Shown: piece by piece, positions 45,903 through 59,118 of the stretch | Position numbering within the stretch: the stretch's first letter is position 1 | Layout of the letters: each line of letters begins with the position of its first letter | Assembly: GCA_002633005.1 (NCBI GenBank) | Contig: NMRA01000180.1 | Coordinates: 216,405 to 280,404 of the forward strand | Direction of reading: 5' to 3' | Length of the DNA: 64,000 nt | Origin: Phoronis australis | Taxonomy: Eukaryota; Animalia; Phoronida | The notes under the pieces: generated by a model | Seen by the model: only the letters and a program-made list of their open reading frames with translations | The model's database searches: none | Told to the model about the DNA's origin: nothing | Translations under genes and position numbers: made by a program

Positions 45903-46747
45903 TTAATTATAATGACGTAACCTGTCTCCTAATTGGTATGGCCAGCCTTCATTGTCAACTTACTACACGTTATTTCTATGAATGATCATGAACTAAAAGA
46001 GATCCGATTCGTCTGGTATTGCTGTACTTCTGTAATCTACAATTTTGTGAACAAGCCAAGCGGACGTGAAAGCATCCTGTAACTTGAACATATAGTGCAA
46101 CGGATTTACCCTCTGTTTGTTAAGTCTCGTCCGTATCGGCTTTTTTCCATATAAATTGAATTTTAACCTACTTCTCTTGGATAAGGTCATCGCCCACATT
46201 TCCGTGCGAAACCACCTCGCCTGAGTCCCGCAGATCAAAGTAACTCGCAAAAATTCAAGATCGCCCAAGACATTGACATGGATTGAGAAGAAAGTGATCT
46301 TACCCAGCCGTTACGCGTGAATTCCTGCGTCCACTGAACGCCGTTCTGGATTCACAATGTGAAGAAGAGTAAGCTGTTTAGTTCGTCGGTTTCGGTTTCG
46401 CTTCATAGATCTCACTTTGAAACAGTTTCGCTTATTTGTTTGAAAAAACGTCATGGGAAGTAGAAAAATAATTTTATTCGGTGTTTTTGACAAAATCTCA
46501 GTTATACTATCAACCGACTTTGGAGCCGTATTAAAACGGAGCTACTCGTTCATTTTTTTGTTTTTGATCTGACAAAATTCGTGAAGGGATCGACCACCGT
46601 CGCCACCACGCTCATTCGATACAATATTCGGCATTTTCCGTTCTACTAGTGTACATGATGACGTCTCACGGAAATAAACGTACTTTGTATCGAATAAGCA
46701 TGGTCGCCAATTTCCTGGTCTATTCTCATGTTTGTTGTTTCTCCCAA

Positions 46748-47340
46748 TTTTTTTAATGTTTATTACGAAATCTTCAATGCACGTATACATAACCCAGAGA
46801 GTCAAGAGGCATTATATCTGGCTTAAATAAATACGAAGTAATCTATATGCAGTTCATATACACAAATACATAAATTAAAAAGCTTATGGTAAGATTACAA
46901 TGACATATGATTAGGAAAGTAAATAAATCATTTTCATACACATTTACACAATTTTATCCACTTACACAAAGAGATTTAATATTATAAAAAAATTTTGATA
47001 CTATTTCTAATAAAACCTTATTTTCATTTGGGTTGAGTTCTTGGCATCCATGTAGAAAAAAAAAATAATTTTGTTGTACAATTGCGGAATTTCAGAATAT
47101 TTTTGTTAACATTGGGGTATTGCTCGAGTGTCTGGAAAAGCTGTACCCTCTGCTTCCTGCATACCTCACAAGCAAAGAAAACATGAGCAATTGTCTCCCA
47201 GTGTGAGTATGGGACGTGAATGAAAATGCAATTTGAAGATCGCGTTATGGTTGTGTTTTGGTGTATGGTGCATCTCCTCCAGTTTAAATGTACATGTAGG
47301 TCTAAAATGGTAAGAAAATACCTAACTAAAGAAGTCACAT
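46748..47340 (-). mobile_element. Decayed CR1-group LINE 3' end
   Basis: SSNC..ETIAHVFFAC..RKQRVQLFQTL resembles the ORF2 C-terminal C..C..ET..H.F..C motif; aataaa and an A run at about 46765-46749. Confidence 0.6.
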
Positions 47341-49034
47341 TTTCTATGACATGAGTGTTGTTAACAGTACGAAAGTAAGAACTGTGTATAATTGAGTGAA
47401 GTCAAAAGCACGCATTATACTTTGCCGAAAGGTCGGGCCTCAGCGGAATTTCGTGTCTATAAATCTTAGAGCTTAGAGTTTGGAATAAATCCGGCAGGTG
47501 GATTATCAAAAGATGGCGTGCTAGGCTATGGACTTACATAGCCTGCTCACATCCGTAGCCTATCAGGCGGCAAAACAGCATGAGCCCACGAAAAGCATTA
47601 CCCNCTATGCTTCTTAAGTAGACTATATCTGCGGTGTCGACACAAATCATGAATTTTCTCAAAACTGTAGGCCATTTAACGGATTGCAGTCGTCTAATGT
47701 TAGTTGACAATCATTGTTCTTGTTTGATTTAACGCGAACTTCTATTCATTGTTGCTAGGCGTAGTACTCTACGTGACATGCAAGAACATTCTTGGGCCAC
47801 AAATTGTTAGTTGCACAAACTACAAAATTAGTACAGAGTTTGAGACCACAAACCGTCCAAACTTTGGTAGCTAAGCTTTTTCCAATGTTCTGGTCGAGAA
47901 AACTCAAATAGAAGTTGTAATAAACATTAACTTTCACTGGATTGAAAACCTTTTCCGTGATTGCAGGAAGAGTTTCTGATAGGGTCTAAGACATGTGCAT
48001 GTACAAATAGGAAACGAATCACTTGAAATTCAAGAAATGAAATTTTGAACCTAATAAACATTAAATATAAACAAAAATAATTAAACTACTCTGTTGACTT
48101 TCAAATGGGCGGATTTCGGGGATGGTCCAGGGTGCACGCCCCCGTCCCTCTACGGACACGTCAAAAAACACGAAACTTCAAACCCTCAAATTATGACCAT
48201 TTTTGCAAAGACCTTGGTGCAGAAAATCCTTGATGTAATTTGCGGCAAATTGTGCCAGTTTGAGTATTACGACAACTGGTGCCGTTTTGACAATTTTGAT
48301 TGCACTCAGGGCCGGATTAACACTTTGTGTGAGGACCCTCCAGAGTTTTTGCAACTTGCATTGCGTACACCCGCTTTCCGCATTTTTAGAAAGTGCGAAA
48401 AAACGTGACACGCACATATTCAGACGAAATATCCCCAGAGCTTTTAATTAAAATGACGATGTTTCAAGAACACAAAGTTGTTGGATTTTGTTTTTATGAT
48501 TTCCAGTGCTATGAAATGACTAACTGTTGAGGGCTTAGTTAACCCAGTAAAACGTGAGCATCTTTCCTTTTCATGTGGTCATCATGGAACAGTTCACGGG
48601 TTCTCGGTCTGTCAATGACCAGCATAGGTGTTCGTGAACATTCTAATTTAAAGGAACCTAAAGCAATTTCTGTCTACAAATCCTATCCTTGGGGGTAGTA
48701 TCTCAGAGGTCCCCGACGAAAATGATTTAGGTGGCCCTATTATTTAAAAAGTGATACCTGGTATTTAATTCGCTAAATTGTAATAGAAACCTCAAAAGGG
48801 AGGTCTCAATAACAGCCTAATATGGCTGAGCTAATTCATTGGCTATTGTTAATGTGAAAATAATATTGAACGATCCTTTCTGCTAGAAGTACAGTGTAGG
48901 TGTCTCCCTTATTTATCGAACCAGCGTGCTGTGATGGAATAATTGAAACAAGTCACCGTTTCAGAAATGCAGCCAATAGGGCCGTCCCGGATTACGCAGA
49001 GACACTTGAATCTTCACCCACAATGCCGTGAAAA

Positions 49035-49370
49035 TCCGTCAGGCACATTTGCTGCCTCGTTTTCTTGCCACTGGAGTTTCACTTGTTATTTATTATTATC
49101 TGATTCTTTGCAAATTTTTCTCAGTAGCATTACTCTAATCGTCACCCCATTTCCAACGAAGTATTACTGCTGTGCTTCAGGCTGCAACTCCAACGTGAGA
49201 AAGTTTGATAAATTGGACAGATACCCGTAGATGCGTGATCTGAAATTCTTCGCCTTCCCGACATCAATGGAGACTCCAAAATGTGCCTGATTTCCAAACC
49301 GAGGCCACGCGTTTTCTAACCTCCCGTACGAAGGAGGGTTCTATCGCTGTGTAATTCGGGACGGTCCTAT
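49035..49370 (+). mobile_element. THAP-domain transposon remnant, copy 2
   Basis: PTKYYCCASGCNSNVRKFDKLDRYP*MRDLKFFAFP fits THAP CxxxxC..F..FP; homologous to 38630-38900. Confidence 0.7.
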
Positions 49371-51397
49371 TGTAAAGGTTTTCGAAACAAGAAGTCATGG
49401 AGATGACAGAACGTTTTATTCCTTTAAGTTCTTGTCTACCAACTTTCTCCGTAGTAGTTTGTCACTTTATCGTGGCACAGTGCAACGTGTTATCAATACC
49501 ACACCTTCCAAATTTTACCGAACTCTGGGTGTTTATTTAACTGAAAACTAATTACTAATTTTGTGTATTGGTTTGTGTAAATAAAGATGCACGTATGTAT
49601 ACAGGTATGTGTTGTTTAACCTAAATAATCTATTGAAGCTGAGTGTATTGCCCACTAGTCAGTGACGACATCTAAGATTGTGTATTATTATGTTCATAAA
49701 TCAAATCATTTAGAATCCTCTCTAGAAAGGAGTTCTCGGTCGGAGGGATGACCGATGGTCGAATTGGTCTCTTCTTTTTCCTGCTTTTGCAAAAATATAC
49801 ATCCTGTCATGTTAAAGGGTAATGCTCTTGGAGGGTGGCGATAAAATCAATTGTCATCTTTTTTCCTGTACTTTGACATGATATGTCCTTTCGTGTCAAG
49901 ATTTTTCCTTAAGGAGGAGGAGATCTAGGAGGGGCCCCTTGTCTCCCTATAAATCCGACACTGGCTGCACTGCTGACTAGGAAACTCGAACTGTTAACGC
50001 TGAATGGTGAAATCTCCTAAGTATTAGAGGGGTCAAGAAAATTATGCAAATGTCATCAAGAGCAAGCAGCGATATCTTGCCCACAGATATGAATTTTATT
50101 TTGACAAGGAGCTTGGCAGTCTCCGGCGAACCGTCTTTCTCTGTGCCGAGTTTAATTTTTTCTGTCTGTTTCGCCCAAAATTCATTTGCCTCTTCGACAG
50201 CCGCAGGTAACGATTGATCGCAAATTAAGAATTGCAGATGATGCACACTGTGTTTAATGAATACAAGTCTATTTCCAAGTTTGATAAAGATATATGACAG
50301 GAGATATACGATTTCATATATTACGATATATCGTTGTCACCGGGCAAAATCTTTCTTCTTGAAGTCAGTGCAAATCTCTTTTGAATGTTCATTGCCTCCA
50401 GTGGTGAGCAACTATTGGCCAGGACGCGCTATTTGTTAAGTGTTCTCTTGGTGCAGTCGTTAGCAGGCAATTCAACCCGTCACCTGACCTCTGTGCCAAC
50501 AGTGACCAATCGTGGCGGACTTTAGGGTTCTTAGGAGTTAAAAAACAAACGTTATAATTCTGTTGTGAATCGGTTAATTTACCGCTTTTAAAAACCTGAA
50601 GTGCTCGTAGCGGCTTCTTTAACTATCATGTGCACTTAGACTGTGTACTGTTTTGGATATTTTGCCCAAAATTGCTTCCGTCACTTGCTATTGCGTAAAT
50701 AGTACTTCCCTGGGAGCACGAAGTAGTGTTCATCTAAAACAAAATCCTTTCTTTGTACTCTCAGTAGATCAAAACACGTGACCTATCCTCACAGTCCTCC
50801 ATTAGCTGACGCCCTAACCGTTGCTCGTGCTTGCTGATTTAGCAAATTTTGTAAGGAGCAGTCAAACTAATTAAATTATAAGAATACATTTTTGATTCAA
50901 AGAAAAGTGTAAAAGTGGCGTTAAAATCGTCTGACATTTTGGACGAAAAAATAGGATTTTACAGAAATTAGCAGTAGCACTGAATCAAACCTTCCAACTC
51001 CAAAAAGAAGGCGCAAGACTGCCGCTGAATCCCATGTGTGAAGTTAAAAGTAGCAGGGTGTCTTATGCGCACTGAAATAATAAAAACGTCTGCCTTGATT
51101 TCAGAGAATGTCTGGCAGGCAACGTAAATATTGGAGATTTGTAATAAAAATCACACAAAAACACGGTTAAAGCTAGAAACTTCTAAAAGCTTATCCTATT
51201 CAGCAACTATCCCAACGTGGAGTTTGTCGGTCCTTCGATAGTCGTAGGTGTTTACCATGCTATCCCTGAAAGTTGCATTGTAACGACATGTTAAAAAAAC
51301 ATTTGGCGTTGTTTCGTCAACTGCAGTCTATTCAAAGGAAGGTGAGCCTGATGACTCGACTTGAGAACATGTAATCCGTCAGTTGAATTGAGAAACG

Positions 51398-52053
51398 TTA
51401 ACAACCCAACCGACTCACCAAAGCCCGTTCTTTACGCCCAACTAAGTCATCACGCGATGGGAGTGGGGCGCTAAATGCTTTTCTGACTTCAATTGGTCTA
51501 GGTTCGAACACTTCAGGTATCTTAGCTATTACATCTGGACTTGTTTCCGGTGACACTGATATCATAGCCGTCGCGTTTCCTTGACGACGCCTCTTTAGGT
51601 GGCTACGAATTCCAGTTTTCGTGCAGCATTTTACTTTGGCTTGTCTGTGGTCACCGATCTCGTTATTTTCTGAAAGAATGTTTGTGATTCCTTTTCGGAA
51701 TCTGGAAGGAAACATATATTTTCTTGTAGTATAGAACGTGAGAACTGCAACAAATACCGAGGCAATCACCAGAGTCGCGGTTGCAATCAAGTCGTGAATA
51801 TAGAATTCGAACCAATCAGAAAGCTGAGTTGGGTCACATGAACATACTCCTTTGGGTAGTCCGCGCAGAGGTCCCTTTGTGTTTTCCCAGATTATATTTT
51901 CTGCATCGCATGTGCAGTCCACTGTTTTAAGCTCTTCGTTGTTACGTTGCAAGTTTTGCCACACAATGTCGGACGCGTCTCTAATTTGCCGCCAAGCGGT
52001 CTCTCCTTCAAAGTTTTCCATTGGCCGGTCTGCCGTCACCTCTAATCTAGTCT
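51398..52053 (-). CDS. Terminal exon of an uncharacterised single-pass membrane protein
   Basis: Acceptor tttgtttag| at 52054 opens a ~217-codon frame with paired CxC motifs, a hydrophobic helix LIATATLVIASVFVAVLTFY and a basic stop-transfer RKY..RFRK. No family recognised. Confidence 0.65.
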
Positions 52054-55000
52054 CTAAACAAAAACAATTTTCATATTAGCTGATATTCGAATTGTATTGG
52101 TAGTCATTTTCACCGATTTTTCCCAATCAAATAATACTTTAAAAGTAGGACCTTCCGTAGAAAAGAGGTCACGGGGTCAAAATGACACCCATCCCGATGA
52201 ATTCTCGAATCATCTCACATGCGTCACGAGCCGGGTTCCACGATGTATGCTTGCCTTCACATTCTGCAACTTTGATAAAGATCTCGTGATTTATTTCGTT
52301 ATTTTTCCTTTAGAAGCTAGAATGAGTTATCAAACAAATGTACTCGCGGCGCAAAAGTTCATCTCGTCGGAGCAATACTTAAACAGGACCTTCCACCCCT
52401 AAGGGCGATCGGTCTGACTTGCACAGTCTCCTAGGTATTCCACCGTTGCAGCATATGTGGCGTTGGTTTCGAGATTGATACAGCCTGTGTTAACAAAGTC
52501 ATGGCGTCTTCATTATTGTCACTAGGGCATAACATTTAGGTTGGCGGTCTTAGATTGTTGGTGGCATATACAATTACCTTGACACGAAATCTCAGTAGCG
52601 TTGTTACAATTTTAAAAATAATCATTTCGTTTTGTTTTATGCAACCTTTTGGTTTTGTAATGGAAACTTTGAGGGTGCCGTTTGCACAGCCACTCAAGCC
52701 AAAATGAAACAATTTAAAAGCACTTCGTTTTGGACAGTGACCAATACACTTGAGTCTAATTAGCCATATCTAAGATGTGCCTCTCGGAAGTTACTAGCTA
52801 AATTTGGACATTTTTCCAGTATCTTATTTAACCGCAATAATGACAAAAGGAAATACTTGAACATTTTCCTGAAGGCTGAAGAATAGGTCCTACAAAAATC
52901 CTGATTAAACATATAACCTTGTTTGTTCTCGATATGGGTAGAAATGATCTTCATGAAACATGGTGCTGTTTTTGTTTTTCACATTTCTTTTTGTGAATAC
53001 TTTTATTTAACCAGAAATCATACTGTGGATAGCCAATCCCAGCTACATATTCTTGCAATATATTTAATGATATGCATTACATACCAGATAGTCATTCGAA
53101 AGAAAACAGTAGGGTTCGGGTCTGAAATTAACATAAATTAACATGATATTAAATACTTGAAGTGCTGTTGATATCTGTACGAGCGGCAGTTACGAATATT
53201 AGCAACCAATTAAAAATATCAACACTGGTATAAAAATAAATGTGTCGTGCTTGCGCGCGTGCGTGCGTGCATGCGTGTATGTGTATACGTACATTGTATA
53301 TTATTTCATGATGTTGATTTCCAATCGTTTTTATGTTGCAAACAAAATGTAACCAATACTTTTGCTATGTAATTAACTTTTATTCCGTGAATTTTCATTG
53401 GCCGACAGGACATCATTGTGGTCAGAAACATTGCTCCATTTCCCCGATGTTTAGCTGTCAACCGAAGCGCTTTGGGGTAAACGATCTTGAATTAGTGTCA
53501 AATACAACCGACAACTCAAGTCGCAGGCAATGTGTTCGTGTGCAGTTTTCGAATAAGCAATTTTAGGTTTAGCTAATCCCAGTAAAATTTTATGTATTTT
53601 GCTGAGTCTCTGATGCTTTCTATGTTCTTGTTGATAACCGAAATAGGAGATCGATTTTATCAGAGTAAAAGACCTAATTCGATTCTTGATCCTAGCCAGC
53701 TAAACAGGGCAAAACGAAGCGAATTTGCCTTTTGGGAAAGACCAAAGTTACACCGGTTCGGAGTAGGCAGTCAAACGAGACAAATAATGCCCGCCAGAAT
53801 TTCTACCAGTAAAGTATAATTCGCCAGTGACATGCATCATAAAATGGGAAATTCAACCTGGTTTTGGAATGATGTTTCGTCTAATTTCAATTGTATTGCG
53901 ATGCCTTTTACTAGCCTCTTTGTAATAGTACAGGCGCATGACAGTTTACACGGCTAACATGGATCGACGTGCTTCTGACATAGAGTGTGTCCACGTGTTG
54001 GGGGCATGGTGTTCATGCTTGATGGGACTACTTGAAAGTATTGTTGTTCATTTCAGAGGAATTTTGGCGTTTGGGCCTTTGATCTGACCCAACCCTGAAT
54101 GTGAGGCCATTCATGAGAACAGAGCAAGTCCAGTGATTTATCAATGCCTACCCATTAATTGCCCAAATGAAATACGAATAAATCCCGATTGATCGACTAC
54201 ACGTAGACAATAACTGTCAATTTAATGACTTTTTACGTTCATCAAATGGCATAAATAAAAGACGCACCGAGGTTTACAATCCCGGTACTATAATATATCT
54301 ATAGACGGAAGCAGGCCGTGAAATAGATTGGTCGAAACGTAATTTTCTAAAGACGATGTGTCTCCTCGAGCGTTTCAGGCTATTGATAACTTCGTGACAG
54401 AATGCGAAAATATCCACAAAAGGTGTTAGAAAATTTTTAGAATACCTGCGACATCATGTCATATTCACGCAATCATCGGTTCCTTCGTCCACACTTTACG
54501 CTTACCAATTTAGCAAGTTGTGTAGTGGGGCGTCTGGAACAACTTACGTTTGATGGCTGTACAGCTTCATTTTGTTTCAACTATTGAAGAGATATGGAGG
54601 CAGTCAATATGCATTAATAAGCATTAACGATCTTGAGTATCTTTCTGAAAAACACTCACTTTCAGAAAGATTCTTGGCGAAGCATTTGTCGTCCACCGTT
54701 CCTTCTAAGTTGGAAATAACGTCACACACCTCTGACGTAATGTTTGCATTTATATAACGACGAAAGATCCTCTTTTCGTGCATTCTGCAGTTTTAACTAC
54801 AAGCTTTTTAATATCTGTTGAACTCAAAAACTCGAGTGTGGATTATCTTTTCAAACTACCAAGAGGTCCCGCTTTTGTTTTTTGTTTTTTTTTTTTCGTA
54901 AATCGGTGTTTGCAGTGTGCCCATGGCAAATTGACAAATCATGATTAAAAAACAATAAAAAGTTGGCCTTTAACGATACTCTTACCTTTCCATATCTCCA

Positions 55001-57720
55001 GCCCTTTTTGTACTTACCTGATTTTACAGTAATTATTTTTTACATTTTTAAAAGTAGGCGGGATTTCCACGGAAACCTCACTGCATGTGACGTCAGTTAA
55101 GTCATCAGCTGTCAATAATTACGGCGGTGCACCACCAAAAATGAACATTAAATCATACTAAATTCAGTTAAGTTTGAAAATATTCGGAGTTGTGAGGAAT
55201 GAGCACTATTTGGGTTTCGACTGAACTAACCTGCGCTAAAATCACCTTCATGGAGTTTTTAAAATAAAATTTATTTGCGTAAGGCGCATGCCGTGTATGT
55301 GGAAACACTTTTAAAAAGAGACACTAAACTCGTGCGTTGATTGGTCTAAATTTGACTTTTAACTGGTGTAAGCTTTTTAGTGTTATAAAATCGTTCTCGT
55401 AATGTTCTTTACTCAAGTCAAAATTGAGTTCTGGTCTTAAAAACAATTTAAGCCAGGCTCTTATTGCTAATTCATACGTGTACCTGATCCGTTACCGTAT
55501 AATGCGCATATTTAGACCCGTGCTCTTATATTCAAAGGTGACCAAAAATATGCTTCAATCATTTGAACTTGAAAGTGATGCCCCGGATATAAGTGTACCC
55601 CATTTAGTTTTTTAGATAATCTCTGTCATATGACAAGTGGAATTTAGTAAAGAATCTTGCAAATGATACACTGGCCTGGCATGATACGTCATGGTTCATT
55701 TAGTTGCATCTTAATTTTAAAACTTTTTGTTTGTTTTTTCTTAGTTTACAACCGTCGTCATTTTGCAGGTTTCACCGGGAAGGTTAGTTATAGGATTTAA
55801 ACCAAGCAAACGTTTCTTTAATGTCCGTCCAAACAGTATACGATGTCCAGGTCTTATTAATATTATAATGTGCTAGTTCTATCCACCTTTTATGAATGCG
55901 AAAACTTTTAAAGTTGTTTCCCAAGTTAGTCATGGAACTGTTCATCTGTTAACTGTCATTCTTATAGCACAGAACTTCACAAGTTTTAAGTCTGTACAAG
56001 TTCTAATCTAGAACTGTGCTGTCAAGCCAAGAGGCTTGAATTATTTCGTTTGGGCAAAATGGTGCGCCTTTCTTGTTGTGTCTGTGTCCACAAAAAGGTA
56101 ATATGCTCGTGTATGCCTGTAAAAAGGACAAACGCCTCCGCCAGGAAGCAGAAGTAAAACGCATGCTCATCGATGCGAAAATTAGAGCGAAGATTTTTCT
56201 TTGAAAAACGCATTATTTCTGATATAGGTGCATAGGCATACATACATGTACTGTAAGTTGCTTGCCACAGCTGGCGAGTTGCTGTCGCCAAGGTGATACG
56301 GTCGTTAGGGGAATTTTGGGGTGTTTGTAATAACCAATTTCAATTCAACCACAGGATGACACGGCGATGACGTTGCTTTGAACGAGGAAATACGCACGCG
56401 CAGAAGGTTGATGTTTTTGAAATCAGCGGTCTTCAAGTTAAATTAAGGCGCAAAACTAAGAGAATGAGAGCGGCATGCTTTTAATATTGAAACTTGCAAT
56501 CCAGTCATGTTCGTAAAACGAGAGTACATGTACCTGCGCCTATGGACCAAACATTTGAGAAAAATATTTCTGAAAAATGCGTTGTTTTGGGTAGAGTTGG
56601 AGACACATGGTATATAGGAGTATTACCCGACATCAAAAAGTTGGCCAATATGCGCGTATTTGCAGTACAGTCAATTTTCGATTGGTAATTTTAGGATTTA
56701 ACCTAATGTGGATTCTAGGGCAGTAATTGAAGCTATATATTATTTTCTGACGTCGGTCCTCCGCAAATCACACTCTGCACTGTCGACGTACTGAGTCCGG
56801 CGTGTATAGAATACTGTGAAGAAAACTATTACGCAACATGTTTTTCAAATCAAATGACACACAACACGAGTACTTTAACTTCTTTTCACGACGTACTCCG
56901 TCGCCGACGGTTGGTAGTCGTTTCCACATAAGTTACCTGAAATGAAATATCACATTACAACCAAATTAGGAACTGGTAAACTTGTTTATCAAAACAAAAT
57001 TTTCTTCTTCAAATAGTTTAATAACTAAATATACCCAAATTGCTCAAGGGAGGGGAGTAAGTTATCATTGAGATTCGAGATAATCACATAACCGGGCTCT
57101 CGATACAACAGTGGTTGAATTATTGCGTTTAATTTGGTGTCAACAGATGTTTAACTAAGGCCTAATAATAGCGCATCCTCGCTGACTTTCGAAATTGTTT
57201 ATCACCATTGCCGCCTTTCTCGTCGGTATAAATTACTGTAAATTATTCCTGAACGCACTGCCGGAGGGAAAGGAGTCTGTAATCCCGACACACCTGTTTT
57301 CCACTGATCTTTCTCTTTTGGTAGGTGGAGTGATAAGCGTCTGTTTATGAAAGTTGCCTTTCATTTAATGACATTCAATAAAATAAACACATCGTAAACA
57401 ACTTTGAGCCGAGGTGAATCCACAAATAAAAGGGTCATTTTGTGTTTATTTAACACATATTAAAGTGCAATATTTCTGCTAGTAGACACTGCACAAATAA
57501 TACACTGCCTGTCGACATGCAAGCAAATTTTGTAAAATGTAAATGGAAAGTACTTTTTCATGTTGTAGAAAGATCCAACTTCAAGCCTAGGTGAGGCCAG
57601 AGGTTTGATATTAAAAGTACGGGGCATTCGTCCAAAGTCATTCAAAGCTCGGTTTGTAATTCTACCTTTTACGCAATGGATGAAGCAAATAAAATTTACG
57701 GCGACATTGTACATTAAATA

Positions 57721-57775
57721 ATGAGTATAATGTTTACATGAGTATAATGTTTACATGAATATAACGTTTACATGA
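57721..57775. repeat. 17-bp tandem repeat, three copies
   Basis: atgagtataatgtttac repeated with two changes in the third copy. Confidence 0.85.
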
Positions 57776-58988
57776 TTATTAGTGAAACAAGTGTTTGTAA
57801 ATTGAATTGCCATGTTGGACGCAATTTTCTCGCCAAATCCAGTCAATAACCAATAAAAGTAAATCCTTCTTAAGCCGGAATCTCCATCAGTTAAATGGGC
57901 ATGCAATACCAAATTTCTGTGCTAAGAACGATGAGAGTCTTTCAACTTTTTTGGACGAGACCTTATTTCGTCGCAGATTAATTCTAAGTTGTAGGGCTGC
58001 TTCGACTGGACTTGCTGGCTGGTTCCCTGTCTAATCACTAGGTGTCGTTACATCTCCACGTTTCACGTGGTGTGAAGAGTTCTTCTTATTCAACAACACA
58101 ATATTCCGTGAGAACAGCAGCCACTAACCTGAAGCTCTTCCGATGGTGTCCTTGGCACTGAAGCATAATGGTACAAAACAATCAGTCACAACAATTGGTT
58201 TTAGTGTTTGGTGGGCGCTTCGGCGCACCCTACACAGTGAATGAATCTCGAGCTGTGAGACCCATATGCTAACGGGCCACGTATGAATGAGATTAGCGAA
58301 TAGTTTGATTCCTTCTTTACGAGTTTGCAAAACTGTTTTGAGGATCCCACAGTGATTGTTGTGGGTTTAGAGAATGGTTGAAGAATTGCTTTTAGTGACG
58401 AAAATCGGATTAAATATACATTTGTTTTTAGACAATTGAAGAATTGTTCCCCTTACTCTCCACTTTTCTGAAGTGATTCAGGCCTTGCGAACACATTTCC
58501 TTTTTCAATAACTACATTCATTTCTTTCACTTGGCTACTGGTGTGACTGCAAAGGGCACGTGCTTGGTACTGTGTAGTATACTTGCCAGGTAAGATATAT
58601 CACATCTTATGTAATAGGGAGGAGATGCGGTTCAAGAGAAAAAAGTTGTGCTAGTAAGAACGATACATGAGAAAAGTACTGCTTATCGTGCGAAAAGAAG
58701 AGAATTATCAGTGAATACTACTGACCTGGATAATCACATGGGCGGCGCACCATAGCCCCCCCTCACTTATTTCAGTGCTGCGACGCCCATGCATCAAGGA
58801 CTAATTTCGTCTGTATAGAGATGAGCACCCAATTTTATAGCCTCTTGGATAATGCCCAAAAGGTAGGGGAAAGGATAGTGCTATGGCTACCGTTGCAAGA
58901 ACAAAATCAGTCTTGAGATCAGTTATCGTCGTGGCCGTCATCTCATCAACAATTGTGTGGGTGGCACATTAAATAGTGTGGCTCTCTG

Positions 58989-59118
58989 TGGCGGCCATGG
59001 GCCCCCTAAAATTCTCCCAGATGCTATTTGGCAGTTAGGGGTACAACGTCTGACGGGCAAAATCCTGGGTAATACTCTCCCCTGACCCCCTAACTCAAAA
59101 TCCTGGATCCGCCCCCTG
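58989..59118 (-). repeat. Inverted copy of the MITE at 42397-42545
   Basis: cctaaaattctcccag..ggcaaaatc..taatactct..ccctaactcaaaatcctggatccgcccc. Confidence 0.75.

Noticed and set aside
49977-50246. 89-aa minus-strand ORF with protein-like composition
   Set aside because: No recognisable family, no clear exon partners, and within the chance length range.
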